Source: Selaginella moellendorffii (Eukaryota; Plantae; Lycopodiophyta). Taken from it: a stretch of 64,000 bases of DNA. The notes beneath the pieces are model-generated. The model ran no database searches and was not told the DNA's origin. It worked only from the letters and a program-made list of their open reading frames with translations. The stretch lies in contig NW_003314328.1 in assembly GCF_000143415.4 (NCBI RefSeq), positions 895,889-959,888 of the forward strand. Reading direction: 5' to 3'. Numbering within the stretch: position 1 is the first letter of the stretch; each line of letters begins with the position of its first letter. The position numbers and the translations under genes were made by a program. Positions 37,218-49,123 of the stretch are shown one piece after another.

Positions 37218-37929
37218 CTACTTATTTCGGATTAATTCCTTGAGCTTCTCGACCGGGGGCAGTGCGCCCTTGGCAGCGGGATGCTCGGACACGGCCTCGA
37301 AGAACTTGTGGAGACGCGGGCACTGCTCCTCGCTGGCATGCTTCAAGCCCATCACTCCCACAACCCCGGGGGCGTAGGGAGCGAGCATCACATCTAAGAA
37401 GGAGAAGCTCGCGCCGCCGAAGAAGGGACCCTCTTGTTCACTCCCCAGCTTCGTCAAGGCCCCCTCGAGAAACACGCAGTTGGCGATGAATTCCTCGTTT
37501 GCGGCATCTTTGTCGTTCCCGCGCACGAAACGCATCAAGCAGTCCAGCAGCTGTACAAGCAAAGGCGTGAGATCGAGTAGATTTCTCGAGATGTATAGAA
37601 CATACCTTCTTGTCGATGAAATCGGTCCAAAAGCGGTGCTCTGCGCGGAGGAATGCGTCTTTCGGCAAGAGTGGCGATGTTCCAGGCCAAACCTCGTCGA
37701 TGTAGTGGACGATGATGGCCGACTCTGCGATGGGCTTGCCCTTGTGGATGAGAACCGGGACCTTCTTGTGAACTGGATTGGACTCGAGCAGGATCTTGCT
37801 CTTGTTGCCCAAATCCTGGGGGAGATCTTCGTGCTCGATGCCCTTGAGCAACAGTGCAAGCTTGGCTCGCATCGAGAAGGGGCTGGCCCAAGAGCTGAGC
37901 AGTGTTACATCTTGATCACTAGAAGCCAT
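37218..37929 (-). CDS. GSTU: Tau GST (copy of 18853-19588; exons 37929-37606, 37550-37218; 218 aa)
   Basis: WASPFSMRAKLAL; in-frame 9-nt deletion in exon 2 and a replaced C-terminus (LIRNK*). Confidence 0.82.
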
Positions 37930-38292
37930 TGGAAATGGAAATCTAGAAGAAAGATCTGGAAATGCGAGAGGCTGGAGAAAGGTTTGTTGAAGTCGCGCTT
38001 TATATAGTCCGTGTGATCCACGGGGAGCGAGGAGAGTTCCAGAACATAACTACGATTGACTGGGAAGAGATATTCGAGAAGAGATCTTCGTGAATGTCGG
38101 TAGAACACTTAAGTTTTTAACCCGGTTATTCCCAAGCCCACCACCCGGGGCTGTCCCGAGCTTGTTCACTGTTTGATTTAGAAAGATCCTTAGAATCCCG
38201 GGATCAAGACAGCAGAAGAATTTGATTTTGTCAACTGAGATCTTGCACTGGTAGATCAAAGCGACCACAGTTTGTTAGACCGAAGCCAAAGA

Positions 38293-39764
38293 TCACGACC
38301 GAGTGTCGGTAGAACACAAGTCTGTGAATAGCATCAGGTTATTCCGAGAGCCACCACCCGGTGCCGCTGCCTTTCTCGCCGCGTCCCTGAATTCCCTCGC
38401 TCTCGTCTTTCGAGCTTTGTCGCTGAAGATCCTCGCAATGGCCTCAGCAATCTCCTCCCGCTTCACAAACGCGTCGGAGCTCCTCACGTCCGAAACTTCC
38501 ACCCCAATGCGGCAGCTCTCCGCCATGATCTTGCGGTTGAGCCCCTGCTCGTATATCCGAGGCCAGCAGATGATCGGCACGCCGCTGGAGACGCTCTCCA
38601 GGACCGAGTTCCATCCGCAGTGGCTCACGAATCCAGCCACTGCCCTGTGCGCCAGAACTTCTCTCTGCGGCGCCCATGAAACCGCCAGGCCTCGTCCCTT
38701 GGTCCGCTCGACGAAGTTCTTGTAGAAGTCACTGTTCTTCACCAGGACTGTCGTGTCTGCTTCGTCCACGAACTGGGGCGGCCTGACTGTGAGCAAGAAC
38801 GGCACCTTGCTCGCCTCCAAACCGAGCGCGAGCTCCTCGAATTCCTCCTGCGACAGCTTCGCTATGCTGCCGAATGCGACATAGAGGACTGAGTCTGGCT
38901 CCTGCGTGTCGAGCCAGTCGAGGCATTCCCTGTCCTCCTTGAGAAAGCTCAGCACGGACTTCAAGTCGCCGTGATCATCCAGCACCGGGAACAAGGGACC
39001 GATTGGCAGAAACTTGTCGTTGAAAAGCTTCTTCATCGCGTCCACCACCTCGGGCTCCAGCTCGTGGAATGTGTTACACAGGATCCAGGAGGACGCCTTG
39101 AGCCGCTCGGCTCCAGCACGAAAGTACTCAAGCACGGCTTCCGTGTAGTGCCATGGAAGATCAGACTGCTTGATCGAGTCTATCCCCGGAATGTAAGTGA
39201 TTTCTCGGTCCTCGCCATCTGATTTTAAACAAGACAAAGATTTAGAGCTATAAGAGTTGACAAAGACAAACCTTTTATCGGAAGATCGCCTTCGGAAATA
39301 AGCAGTGGGACGTGGTACTCAACAGCAAACCAAGCCGCACTTCCAGGCCAGTAAACAGCGTATGGAATTCCAAATTCGCTGGCGACTGGAGCACACCATG
39401 ATCCAGCATAGTGATCAGAGATTATGACGGTAATGCGAGGTCCACTGTCATTCAGAGCTTGGATCAAATTCTTGAACTCGCCGCCGAGATCGTAAACTGC
39501 TCTTGAAAAGCGCATTAGATCAGCTTCTGCAGCAGCGAGAACTCCTTTCGACAAATCCACCGCGGGATGAAGAGGCTCCAGCCTGATATCCAACTCCGAA
39601 GGAAAATCCCATACCTTGATCTGCTCATGAATGGAAACCACGTTGGCGATGGTAACTGCGCATCCGAGTTCTGCCAGCTTCTTGCCGAGGAACACAACTG
39701 GCGAAAAGTGCCCCTGAGCAGGATACGGGACGAGTACCACATGTGGTCTGCCTGCAAACATCAT
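38293..39764 (-). CDS. UGT: Family-1 UDP-glycosyltransferase, copy 2 (exons 39764-39272, 39218-38293)
   Basis: Near-identical to copy 1; PSPG box intact. Confidence 0.95.
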
Positions 39765-39893
39765 ATTGTCAATGCAGTTTCTCTAGAAGAAGAAGAAAGA
39801 ACGAACCTGAAGCGCTATATTTTGGTGGAGTAGGCCAGCTGACACACCGAAGCCCGTTCCTCGCCCTTCCACGTTGGCTTTTTCCGGAAAGAA

Positions 39894-42068
39894 TCATTCT
39901 TCCGTCTCGGGGAAAACGAGAGGACACTTGTCGCGGGTTCCTGCCTTCAGTAACTCTCTGGCAGCCTCATCCAGTAGAAAGCTGAAAATCTCCTTCGCAA
40001 TTTGCACTGCTATTCTCTGTAGCTCCTCCTCTGTGCCTGCCCAGTTTGCCTCTTTACTAACATCTCCCTGGTGAAGGCCTTCGACTGACTGCTGCTGGAG
40101 GCCTGTGTTATGGCATATCTCACTCCAAACGTCTCGCAGAAGTCCCCGGCTCGAAGGCTTACAAGACTTCCGAGCCAAAATCTCGTTGACGACGTCGAAG
40201 AGAAACCGGCGATGAGATAAATTGTCAGGATTTCCTTGATAGTCTGCTTCCAGCGTCTGAAAAACTTGAGAAATAGCCACAGACCTTCGACTGCCACACT
40301 CATAAAGGGGCGGATTCTTGGACGCCAAAAGTACCTTAGAAACGTAGACAAGATCTGCTAGACGAGTATCAGCCACAGGTTTCTCTGTGTTTACTCCCCG
40401 ATTCGGTGCTTTTAAAAATCGACGAGTTTCTGCAAGACACCACGTTAACTCAGAGAAAGAAAAACTTGTTCATAGGTAGCATTACCTCCCGAGTGTCTTT
40501 TGCGAAGTTCCAAAATAGAAGACACTGGACTTGTCTGCTGTGAAGAGAGCAACGCCTCGCTCGCATTTCCAGTGGCCTGAAAAAATTCGTCATCGAGAGA
40601 AAGACCACCTTGGAAACCATACCTCTACGATTTCAACTTGAGGCGCCAGTCGTGTATCATAATCTTCAGAAAAGGTACTCTGTTCTAGCGTGTCTCCAGG
40701 CCGGTCTTCGTCCACGAGAGCCTGCTTTCTCGAAAGTTTTATTGGCGTCGTTTGGTATGCTGGCGAAGACGTAAGATTCACACTCTCCAAACTTTGGTGG
40801 CAACTGATATATCGTCTCAGTGTCGGGGTGGAAGCGTCTTGGATGTCCAGTGGCGTCCGTTCCGGCGACGGCAAACGCGAGCTGACGTCTCTGAAAGCAC
40901 TCTCCCGAGCCTTCCTGGCGATCTCTTGAGCAATTTCTTTCGCATCCTTGGAGCCATCTCTGAGGCGATGTATAACGAACTCCCTGGCAGATTGCTGCTG
41001 CGTTTTGGTTTCGGTGACAGCGTGCAGTACTTTCTCCCTGGCCGGAGAGCCGGGCTCAAACTCCTCCCTGTGAAATCGCGGTTGCGTTTCAAAGACTTTG
41101 TTGCTGGTTGTTTCCCGAAAATCTGGAGAGTGCGGCTTGTTGATCATCACCTTCTCGTGAAATTGTCGAGTTTCTCTTGTGCTAGCATGTACTGGTGGAG
41201 AACAGGACCATGTTTCTTGTCTTCCCTTTGCCGGACCAGGCTTCAAAACAACAATCCTCGTCGAACCATTGTCAATAGAGACTTTCTTTCGAGTTTCAGC
41301 ACGTTGCCCTTCATGTCCGTTCAACAAGAGATGGAGAAGAGTTGGCGTCTTCAAAGGCTCCTCATTCACAGGCTCCACTGGATTTTCAAACTGGAGAAAG
41401 CTGTCCTTACTCGGCTCGAGAGACCGCATCGCTTCCAAAAGCTGCCGGGATCGGTGCGTAACCCTCGGAGAGTAAGTCGGTGTTGTTCCCTCCCGGAAAG
41501 TCTCGTCCAGCACTGACTTTATGGCTCTTGAAAACTGGCCAGCTTCTTGCGACTGTGTCTCACGCGAGAGTTTGCGCGAGACAGCTTCTATCATCTTCGC
41601 CCTTTCCAACGAAGAGCCGTTCCTCTTAAGCATGTCACCCATTGTCTCCACCGGCATTGTCTCGAGACCCATAAGTCTTGCCACTACACCGGGTGGTTTT
41701 ACTTTTGCGCACGTTGAAAGAACGCTATGCTTCGCAGCTGGAATCTCAAAGCCAAACTGGAAGATCATATGGTGAGACACACGAATAGAAAGAAAAAATA
41801 AAAACGAAGAACACTCTAAAAGACTTACGGGGATGTCTTCGTGAATCCATCGAGAACTCGAGACTGGACAATCCAGGCTATTCCTCGGAGCTTCGACTCC
41901 TGGAAGAAATATCTGAGGGGCTCGATCGACACGCAAGAAATTTCAATGCCGGTTTGGTATACCTTCTCGATTCCTCCTGCAAGATCGATTGGTGCTCCCG
42001 CTGGAGAAGATCCCGAATATCGGAGTGCTCATGCCTTGTACCAAACGATAATCTACCTCAAGATCCAT
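39894..42068 (-). CDS. TRM/LONGIFOLIA-like protein (VARLMGL + DUF4378), copy 2, apparently intact, multi-exon; start uncertain
   Basis: Long open frame 40590-41936 with GVEAPRNSLD, VVARLMGLE and TRIVVLKPG; terminal exon with LFDVVNEIL and IAKEIFSFLLDE. Confidence 0.8.
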
Positions 42069-42656
42069 CAATCCCTGACATTCTAGCATGCGCGCTTACT
42101 TTGGAATGGAGAATCCCTCGCCCGGCGCTCGCGAAAGAGCTCCTCGATCGCGAAGAAAGGAATGATATAACGAGGAAGACCTAGAAAGAAGAAAACGTAC
42201 CTTTGGAAGAGCGCAAATTGAAAGCCTCTTACCCGCCGCCAAATTTTACACAACGACATTGACCGCTGGTAAATTCTGGAGACTTTTACCATGCTCAGAT
42301 GTCCCCTAGTACACAATGCGTTATCTCGTGAACAGTGTGACGAATATTCTATTAGGGTAGGAAAAAAAATTAACTTATTTGGAGGAATATTGTACAATGG
42401 TTACAAAATATTCTAGAAGAACGTAACTTGGATAATAAGCTAAGGGCTAAATTGGACTTAACTAATAAAACGTGCGTTGATTCTCTGTATTTTCTCCACA
42501 AAATAAACCTGTCCCGACACTTTTCTATACTCGAAAGCTTCCCTTGCGATAGTATAAGGCCAATTGTCGACGAGCGCGCTTCCTTTATATAAATAGCTAG
42601 CTTGCTATCAGTGTCTCTTCATTTGTGTGGAGAGAGCTCAAGGTTTGTTCTTGCGA

Positions 42657-43415
42657 TGGGATGTCGATCTCACGCCACGATCTCCCAATGCGAGACTGTG
42701 CGCCAACGATGGCGGGATTACGAGTTTTGGCCCGGCGCCCACTCCAAGATGTTGAAGGAAGCTCGGGTTGGGGCGTCGCACTCAGTCTCAATCCTAGGGG
42801 TTTGCTGATGCCGAAATACTCCGAGATTGCATGTGAATTTTCTTCTCATGCATGCTAAAATTCCGGGATTTTCTCTCTTCGGGAAATGGTAAATTAGGAC
42901 TGACTTTTGCGGAGAGTCCCGGCGAATGTAAAGAAAGGCGATGATATCGCTTTCCTCATGTCTCGGAGACACGAGCAAAAGCCTCAAAGCTGGAGAATTC
43001 ACTGTAAGTTCTTCTTGGATTTTTGTTTTTAGCGCTGAACTTCTCAAAGGTTTGATTGCTCCATAGCCAGAAGGAAGCAATGCCGGAGACAACCGATTTG
43101 AGCAACTCTTCCTATGGAGAGTTTGCTTACAACTGCGAGGAGGCAAAGCTCGACGTGGATATAAAAAACGGAGGCAGAGTTTCCGTTTTATCCAGCGATA
43201 GCTTGCCAATTTTCAAGCACGTCGGTCTTGGTGCTGAGCTCGTCAAGCTGGATCCGGTAAGTTTTAGCTGATCACTTGGATCTTATAGTCACATCCGTGG
43301 ATTTCTTGCAGCATGCGATGTGCTCGCCAGGATTTTCCTCCGACTCTGCGTACCACGAGTCCAAGTCGTGAACCAAAATGGCAAGAGAGTGATCGATCAT
43401 ATGCTGGAGCCCGGT
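42657..43415 (+). pseudogene. 11S globulin/glutelin-like bicupin pseudogene
   Basis: DVDLTPR...DGG.YEFW...MLKEARVGA..LSLNPRGLLMPKYS; FAYNCEEAKLDVDIKNGGRVSVL...VGLGAELVKLD; AMCSPGFSSDSA. Frameshifts and deletions. Confidence 0.82.
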
Positions 43416-43935
43416 GTTTACCATTGTTTATTCGAAATAAATTCTAGGGTTTATCATCGCATCAGCGCGCGTTATCCGAAACTACAATAATGAGATTCTT
43501 GGCAATTAGGACAGGAGATTTGTTTCTTGGAGTTCCAGATTTCTAGCATCGAGGATCCGTGCCAAACTCTAGATCAATCAATTGGAAAGAGGAAGCTGAA
43601 AGAATGGAAAGTTTGGCAAAGAAGCGTGGACGGGAGCAAACATTCTTGTGACGATGTCTCGAATCAACGGAGGGAAATTTTCGAACGCCTGGAAGGTAGA
43701 GCCAAACTTTTTGATCCTTGGTGACAAAACTATGCTCTCCAGGACTTTGCTGGATCCTAAAGCTATCACAGCCAATACGAGAACTTATAGTACTACGGAC
43801 AACACTCATCAGGTCGAGAGATTTTGACGAGCTCGAAGTTCATGTAACTCTGGTTTATTCCTCGAAGACTAAAAAGGTAACTAACCTTTTTAAGTATATT
43901 CCTGATTGAAAAGTTATAATAGCGTCATATATTAG

Positions 43936-44553
43936 GTTAAACACTTGTGCATGGAGAGTAAGACAATAGCATGGGTTTTGAGGCACGGTGCTGTCAAAAT
44001 GGATTTGAAGATTCGGAGCAACGGATATTGCAGTATCAAAGATTTGCTAGAGATGGACGTGAAAACTGGCGGTGGAATCCCCCTATCTTCATTCACAGTA
44101 GCCGACATGATGAGCATGGTAGCCTGCGATCCAAAGCAAAGATTCTCAACTATCGAGAAGGAGGACGGCCAACTTTACATTAGGGCTAACCAAGGTCATA
44201 CCATGGATGCTGTGCAAACAGCAGAGCTGCTAAGGGAGATCAAATCCGCTGATGAAGTGCCTATGTGCGTCCATGGCACCTTTCGAAACAACTTTAGAGG
44301 GATTCGCAAAACAGGTCTCAAGCGAATGAAGAGGAACCATGTACATTTCGCGACTGGTTTGCCTCAAGACGGTGTGATAAGTGGGATGAAGAGCAAATGT
44401 GAGGTGCTCATATACTTGGATTTGGCCAAAGCTATGAAGGATGGCATGAAGTTTTTCATGTCCGAAAACGGGGTTGTGCTCACTGAAGGCTTCGACGGTG
44501 TAGTTCCTCGCGAGTACTTTGAGAAAATCGTGTACGTCACAAAGGAAGAATAG
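43936..44553 (+). CDS. TPT1: tRNA 2'-phosphotransferase (Tpt1/KptA family), catalytic exon; an upstream exon may end at 43877
   Basis: LRHGA, KQRF, IRANQGHT, CVHGT, RMKRNHVHFA, LIYLD, SENGVVLT. The Arg-His-Arg-Arg tetrad is present. Confidence 0.9.
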   Translation, partial: VKHLCMESKTIAWVLRHGAVKMDLKIRSNGYCSIKDLLEMDVKTGGGIPLSSFTVADMMSMVACDPKQRFSTIEKEDGQLYIRANQGHTMDAVQTAELLREIKSADEVPMCVHGTFRNNFRGIRKTGLKRMKRNHVHFATGLPQDGVISGMKSKCEVLIYLDLAKAMKDGMKFFMSENGVVLTEGFDGVVPREYFEKIVYVTKEE

Positions 44554-45006
44554 ATTTCGAGGACGTATTGTATAATTATGTCTAGTACAGCAGAATTTGA
44601 AAAGCCAAGCCTCACAAACACAAAACCAAGAACATATTAACAATCTTGTGAGCTCAAAGTTCATGTAAACTCGGCCAAGCTTGAGGGACCAGGATGAAGG
44701 AACTTCTTTCTACTTGGACATTTTGTCCTGGAACATGGAAGGCAGCCTCTTATCCTTTGCGGAGACAGTCATTTACTACTGTGAAAGACGGTCGACTCCA
44801 GCATGTCTGGACAAAAGCTAGCTAGAAAATAGAAAAGAAACATAACGAGCAAAAGATGGAAATACCTGAGAAGAAGAGTGATAGTAGAGCAGCTAGAGCA
44901 GCAAGTTTTGCCCATTCGCTCTCGCTCAGCTCGTAGTAAAGTTTCTCGAAGATAGAGACTAATCACGCACCACAAGCGGTTTTAGGTTCAAAGTTCCACC
45001 TCTTCG

Positions 45007-47620
45007 TCATACCTTGAACCAGCGCGAGCGCTTCTTCCCGCTGGTTTGCTCTGCTGAGAAGATCGACAACGCAGTGGAACTGCTCCACTTCGGGGACAAT
45101 GCCGTATTTGGATGGCATTTCTTGGAAGAACTTCTTCCCTGCCTCGACGAAACCACCGTGGTTAGAACTGCGAGAGCTGTGATACCATGCGGTTTGATGC
45201 CAGAGTTTACCATCTCGTAAAACAGTGTCGGCGCTTGGCTTGCGTCCCCTTGCCTGCTGTATCCGGCGATCAGCGCACTCCAGGCCTCGTCACCATCTCC
45301 CGCTAGCGAGTCAAATAGCTGGCGAGCGGAAACCATGTCTCCAGCTTTGCCGTGAAAGTCAACCAGGGTTCCAGCCAAAACTCCATCTTCCTCAATGCCT
45401 CAACGGTAGATCAGAGCCTTGACTTTTCTCCCAAGGTCTAGACTCGAATGCTGCAAGCTTTCAGCACCGCGACGTACGTTGATGCGTTTGGTCGGCAGCC
45501 TTCGCGTCTCATCCTGTGGAACAACCTCAAAGCTCGTCTAGCATCGCCGTTCTCCGCGAAGCCAAGGATCAAGACGTTCCACGAGACCACGTTGCGAAGC
45601 TGACCGGTGTTGCCCAGCCTCCCACACCTGGCGTACGCATCGATCAAGCTGCTCGTCATGTAAGCGTGGAAGCATGGTGGACGCGAGAAGAGTTTTCGAT
45701 AAGATGCAGCGGCGGGATGTGGTTTCCTGGAACACGATCATCCTGGGCTATGGTGAGAACGACGAAGGAAAGATGGCGCTTCAACTCTTTAGAGATTTGC
45801 TACACTCTCGGTGCTGCCTACTGGACAGGCTGACTTTGGTGGCTGCGCTTAAGGCGTGTAGCACCCTCTCGACTCAAGAACAGGGAAGGCAAGTCGATGG
45901 GAAGATCGTGAAGCTGAGTTTGCTGGAAGCAGAAATGGCGGTGCACTTGCTGGCGAGGCTTTGATCTGGAAGACTTGTACGTGGCAAACTGCTTGGTGGA
46001 CATGTATGGGAAGTGTGGGAGCATGGCCGATTCTCGCAGAGTTTTCGACCGTGTGAAGCATCGCGACGTTGTTATCTGGAACACAGTGATCTCGGGATAC
46101 ACACAGAACGACGAAAGTGAGGCTGCTCTAGAGCTGTTTGAGGCTCTCTTGTGCGATGGTGGTATTTCTCCAACCAGCTTGACAGTCGTCGCGGCTTTCA
46201 AGGCTTGCGGCAGTCTTGCAGTCAAGAACAAAGAAAGGGATCGAACGAGAGCATTGGAAATCACCATAGTTGTTCATCGTGAAGCTGTGACGAAGCTGGA
46301 TGCCTCCGAGTGGGACAGTTTGCGTACATGTTGAGAAGAGCGTTGGCCACGAAGATGTTAAAATCAGATCCCAGTCCCTCGGCCGTTCCATAGATCGCCA
46401 CACCCGTTACTAGAAACCTGAGCTTCTCTTGTGGATTCCGAGCTTCTTCCTTGGCTGCGAGATTGCTACAGGCCTGGAGAGCAGCGACAACACTCCAGCT
46501 ACCAAGCTGACAGACACCATCTTCGTAAACATCTCGAGAGCTAGCTCCTCGTTCTCACCATCCTATGCGTAGTCGAGCATCAATACGTTCCAAGAGACCA
46601 CATCCCGAGTTTTCATCCTGTCGAACACCTCTTGAGCACGCACCATGCTCCGGCACTTCACGTACATGTCGATGAGAGCATTCCCCAGGTAGACGTTGCG
46701 ATGGATTGCATCTATTCCCATCCCAGCCTCAGCTTGACGATGAACTTCCATGCCTCGATGCAGCGAAAAAACATTCACCATCCTCCCATCAACTTTCCGG
46801 CCTTCTTCGGCAAGAGTGGAGCACGCAGCGAGTGCAGCGGCAAAGTTCGTGAGTTTGCTCCGCAGCACTATTGCATCGATCGAAAGAGCTGCAAGGCCAC
46901 CTTAGCCTCGCCATTCTCCGCATAGCCCGAGATCAAAGCGTTCCAGCACACTGCGTCGGGGCGAGGAATCCTGTCGAAGGCCTGCTGTGCTTCCGCTACG
47001 CTGCCACACTTCATGTACATCGCCACCAAGCTACTGACTACGTGAGAGTCCGAATCCTCACCACTTTCTTTCGCGTTCGCGTGGATTTGCCGGCCTCTTT
47101 CGACATCTCTAGCTCTCGACTTTAGCGCCGCGTGGCAAGCGCTACAAGATAGATGGCAGTTTGAATCGGAAAAGCCAAGCTGAGAGATCTTTCACAGGAT
47201 CATCAGCAGCTTACCGACGAGATAAAGATACGAGCGATTGCCATCCACAAGCGTCCCAAGCCCGAGGCTCATAGCCAGCCTCCCACACCGTCTCCAAGTC
47301 GATCAAACGCAGCCTCCACTGCTACTGGCTCTTCTCGCGACGTTCTGCAGCAGAAGCTGGCCGCTGATACTGCAAGGCCTCCATGGTGATCCTGTACGTG
47401 TCCGTCTCGAGCATCACCTTGCCCGCGATTACACCTTCGGCCTGGTGACACCAGGCCAGAAGCTCGACGTAAATTGATGCGTTTGGTCGACAGCCTTCGC
47501 GTCTCATCCTGTGGAACAGCCTCAGAGCTCGTCACCGTTCTCAGACGTTCCACGAGACCACGTTGCGAAGTTGGTCAATATCGCTCGAGAAAACTTTGCT
47601 GGAATCCGCCAGACTGGAAT
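45007..47620. pseudogene. Mosaic of PPR gene fragments in alternating orientations
   Basis: LVDMYGKCGSM..SRRVFD..RDVV.WN motifs on + (45674-46330) and on - (45007-45660, 46420-47040, 47460-47620). 45481-45600 is duplicated at 47476-47570. Confidence 0.8.
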
Positions 47621-48574
47621 GGTGTGAATAGATATTGAACTTGCAATTCTACGTTTCACATAGCCTGGCTGCCACTACTACTGCTCCCGTTCTCTGTGTA
47701 CATCAAGCAGTGATTTAGATAATAATCATGAATAAGAAACCATAGCTTACTCTAGTGGCTCTGATTGCTTGGATTTTTTACTTGTCGTTTCCTTTTCTGT
47801 ATTGGATTCAGGTAGCGTTGAGAAGAGGCAAACCTCAGAGAGGTCTGCCTCTTCTCCTTCTTTCACACATGAAGAAGAATTCTCACCACCATAAGACATG
47901 CTCTGGCTCCTCTTGTTTTCTTCTTTCCTGCGTGAGACTCTGTCTTGGCTGCTTTCGGAAGTTACTCTCTCCTAAAATTCCGTCCCTGCACTACTGATGA
48001 CAGTGTCGATATCAGCGCCAACTATTGTTGCAAAGATCACTTCCGTGCTACTCTTCTCGTCATCAGTCATCGTTTTCAGCTCTTCCCGAGTAGCGAACGC
48101 CATTTCTTTGGCAGAAGCTGTATGAGCAGCGTAATTGCTGATGTCGTCGTTGCTGTCAATAAATATATTACAAAAGCTTTTAGTTTAATCTTTAAACTTG
48201 ATAATAATGAGGAAAGAGATATTAAAGAAGAAACAAAAAGAGAAGAGAGAGGAAAAATAGAAGAATAAAAGAAGAAAAAAGAAGTTCATACCTGGATTTA
48301 GCTTTGTAAATAAACGAGGCAATCTCTTTCGTCATTTGCAATCTCCTCTTCTTGCCATCGACCCCTTCAATCTTGATTTCCTCTGATCCTCGTCATCACT
48401 CCTGCTAGCTATCCCTGCGAGCCACTTGAGAGAATGTGACTGCCGCTTCTTGAAGCTTCCTTTCTCTGTCTTCTCAAAGACCAGCTCCAGAAAAGCCCTG
48501 TAGCAGATCTGCTTCCCACGAGGCTCAAATGCAGGAGCATTCTCATCGATGGCGATGAGAATGTCCTCCTCCTG

Positions 48575-49042
48575 AGAACCGGGAGGCGTCTGAGACGATA
48601 TTTTGCGCTTTGACACCAAGAAAAGGAAATGAAAATGCTCTTGAATAGCAAAGGGGAACTCATGGTTGCTCCTAAAAACAAGGAATTCATGGACATACTC
48701 GAGCTGCCTGCATGGATTAGCGAGGAAGTGCTTGACTATTATGCCCAAGAGTTTTCTTGCACCTACTATAGAGCAGTAGACTTGTAAGTTGTGGATCGAT
48801 TTGTTCTCCTAGATAATGGCAACTCAAAGCTTCTTGGTGAAGATCAGCGTGCCAGCCTTGTTCATGACTGGGGACCGTGACCTTGTTTACTTCATGCCTG
48901 GGATTCGCGATTACGTGGATTGAACGCCGACATTCCCAGTCTCAAGGAGACGATTTTGTTGTCGTCTGGCCACTTCATCATGCAGCAAGAGAGCGCTGAA
49001 GAGGTGAACAGCATTCTCGTCAGCTTCTTTGCAAAAATCATA
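48575..49042 (+). pseudogene. Epoxide hydrolase 3' fragment (partial duplicate of 53317-53867)
   Basis: aaaatgctcttgaatagcaaagggga, gactattatgcccaagagttttct and ggtgaagatcagcgtgccagccttgttc are shared with the intact gene; many indels. Confidence 0.85.
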
Positions 49043-49123
49043 AAGTGTTTTGTTAATGTAACGTAACCGCGCCACAGTGCGAGAATATTCCACTTTCAAA
49101 ACTAGGGTTTATTTAGGTTGGCT

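Noticed and set aside
48332-48748. 138-aa minus-strand ORF
   Set aside because: Partly antisense to the EH fragment; the remainder has no recognisable motif.
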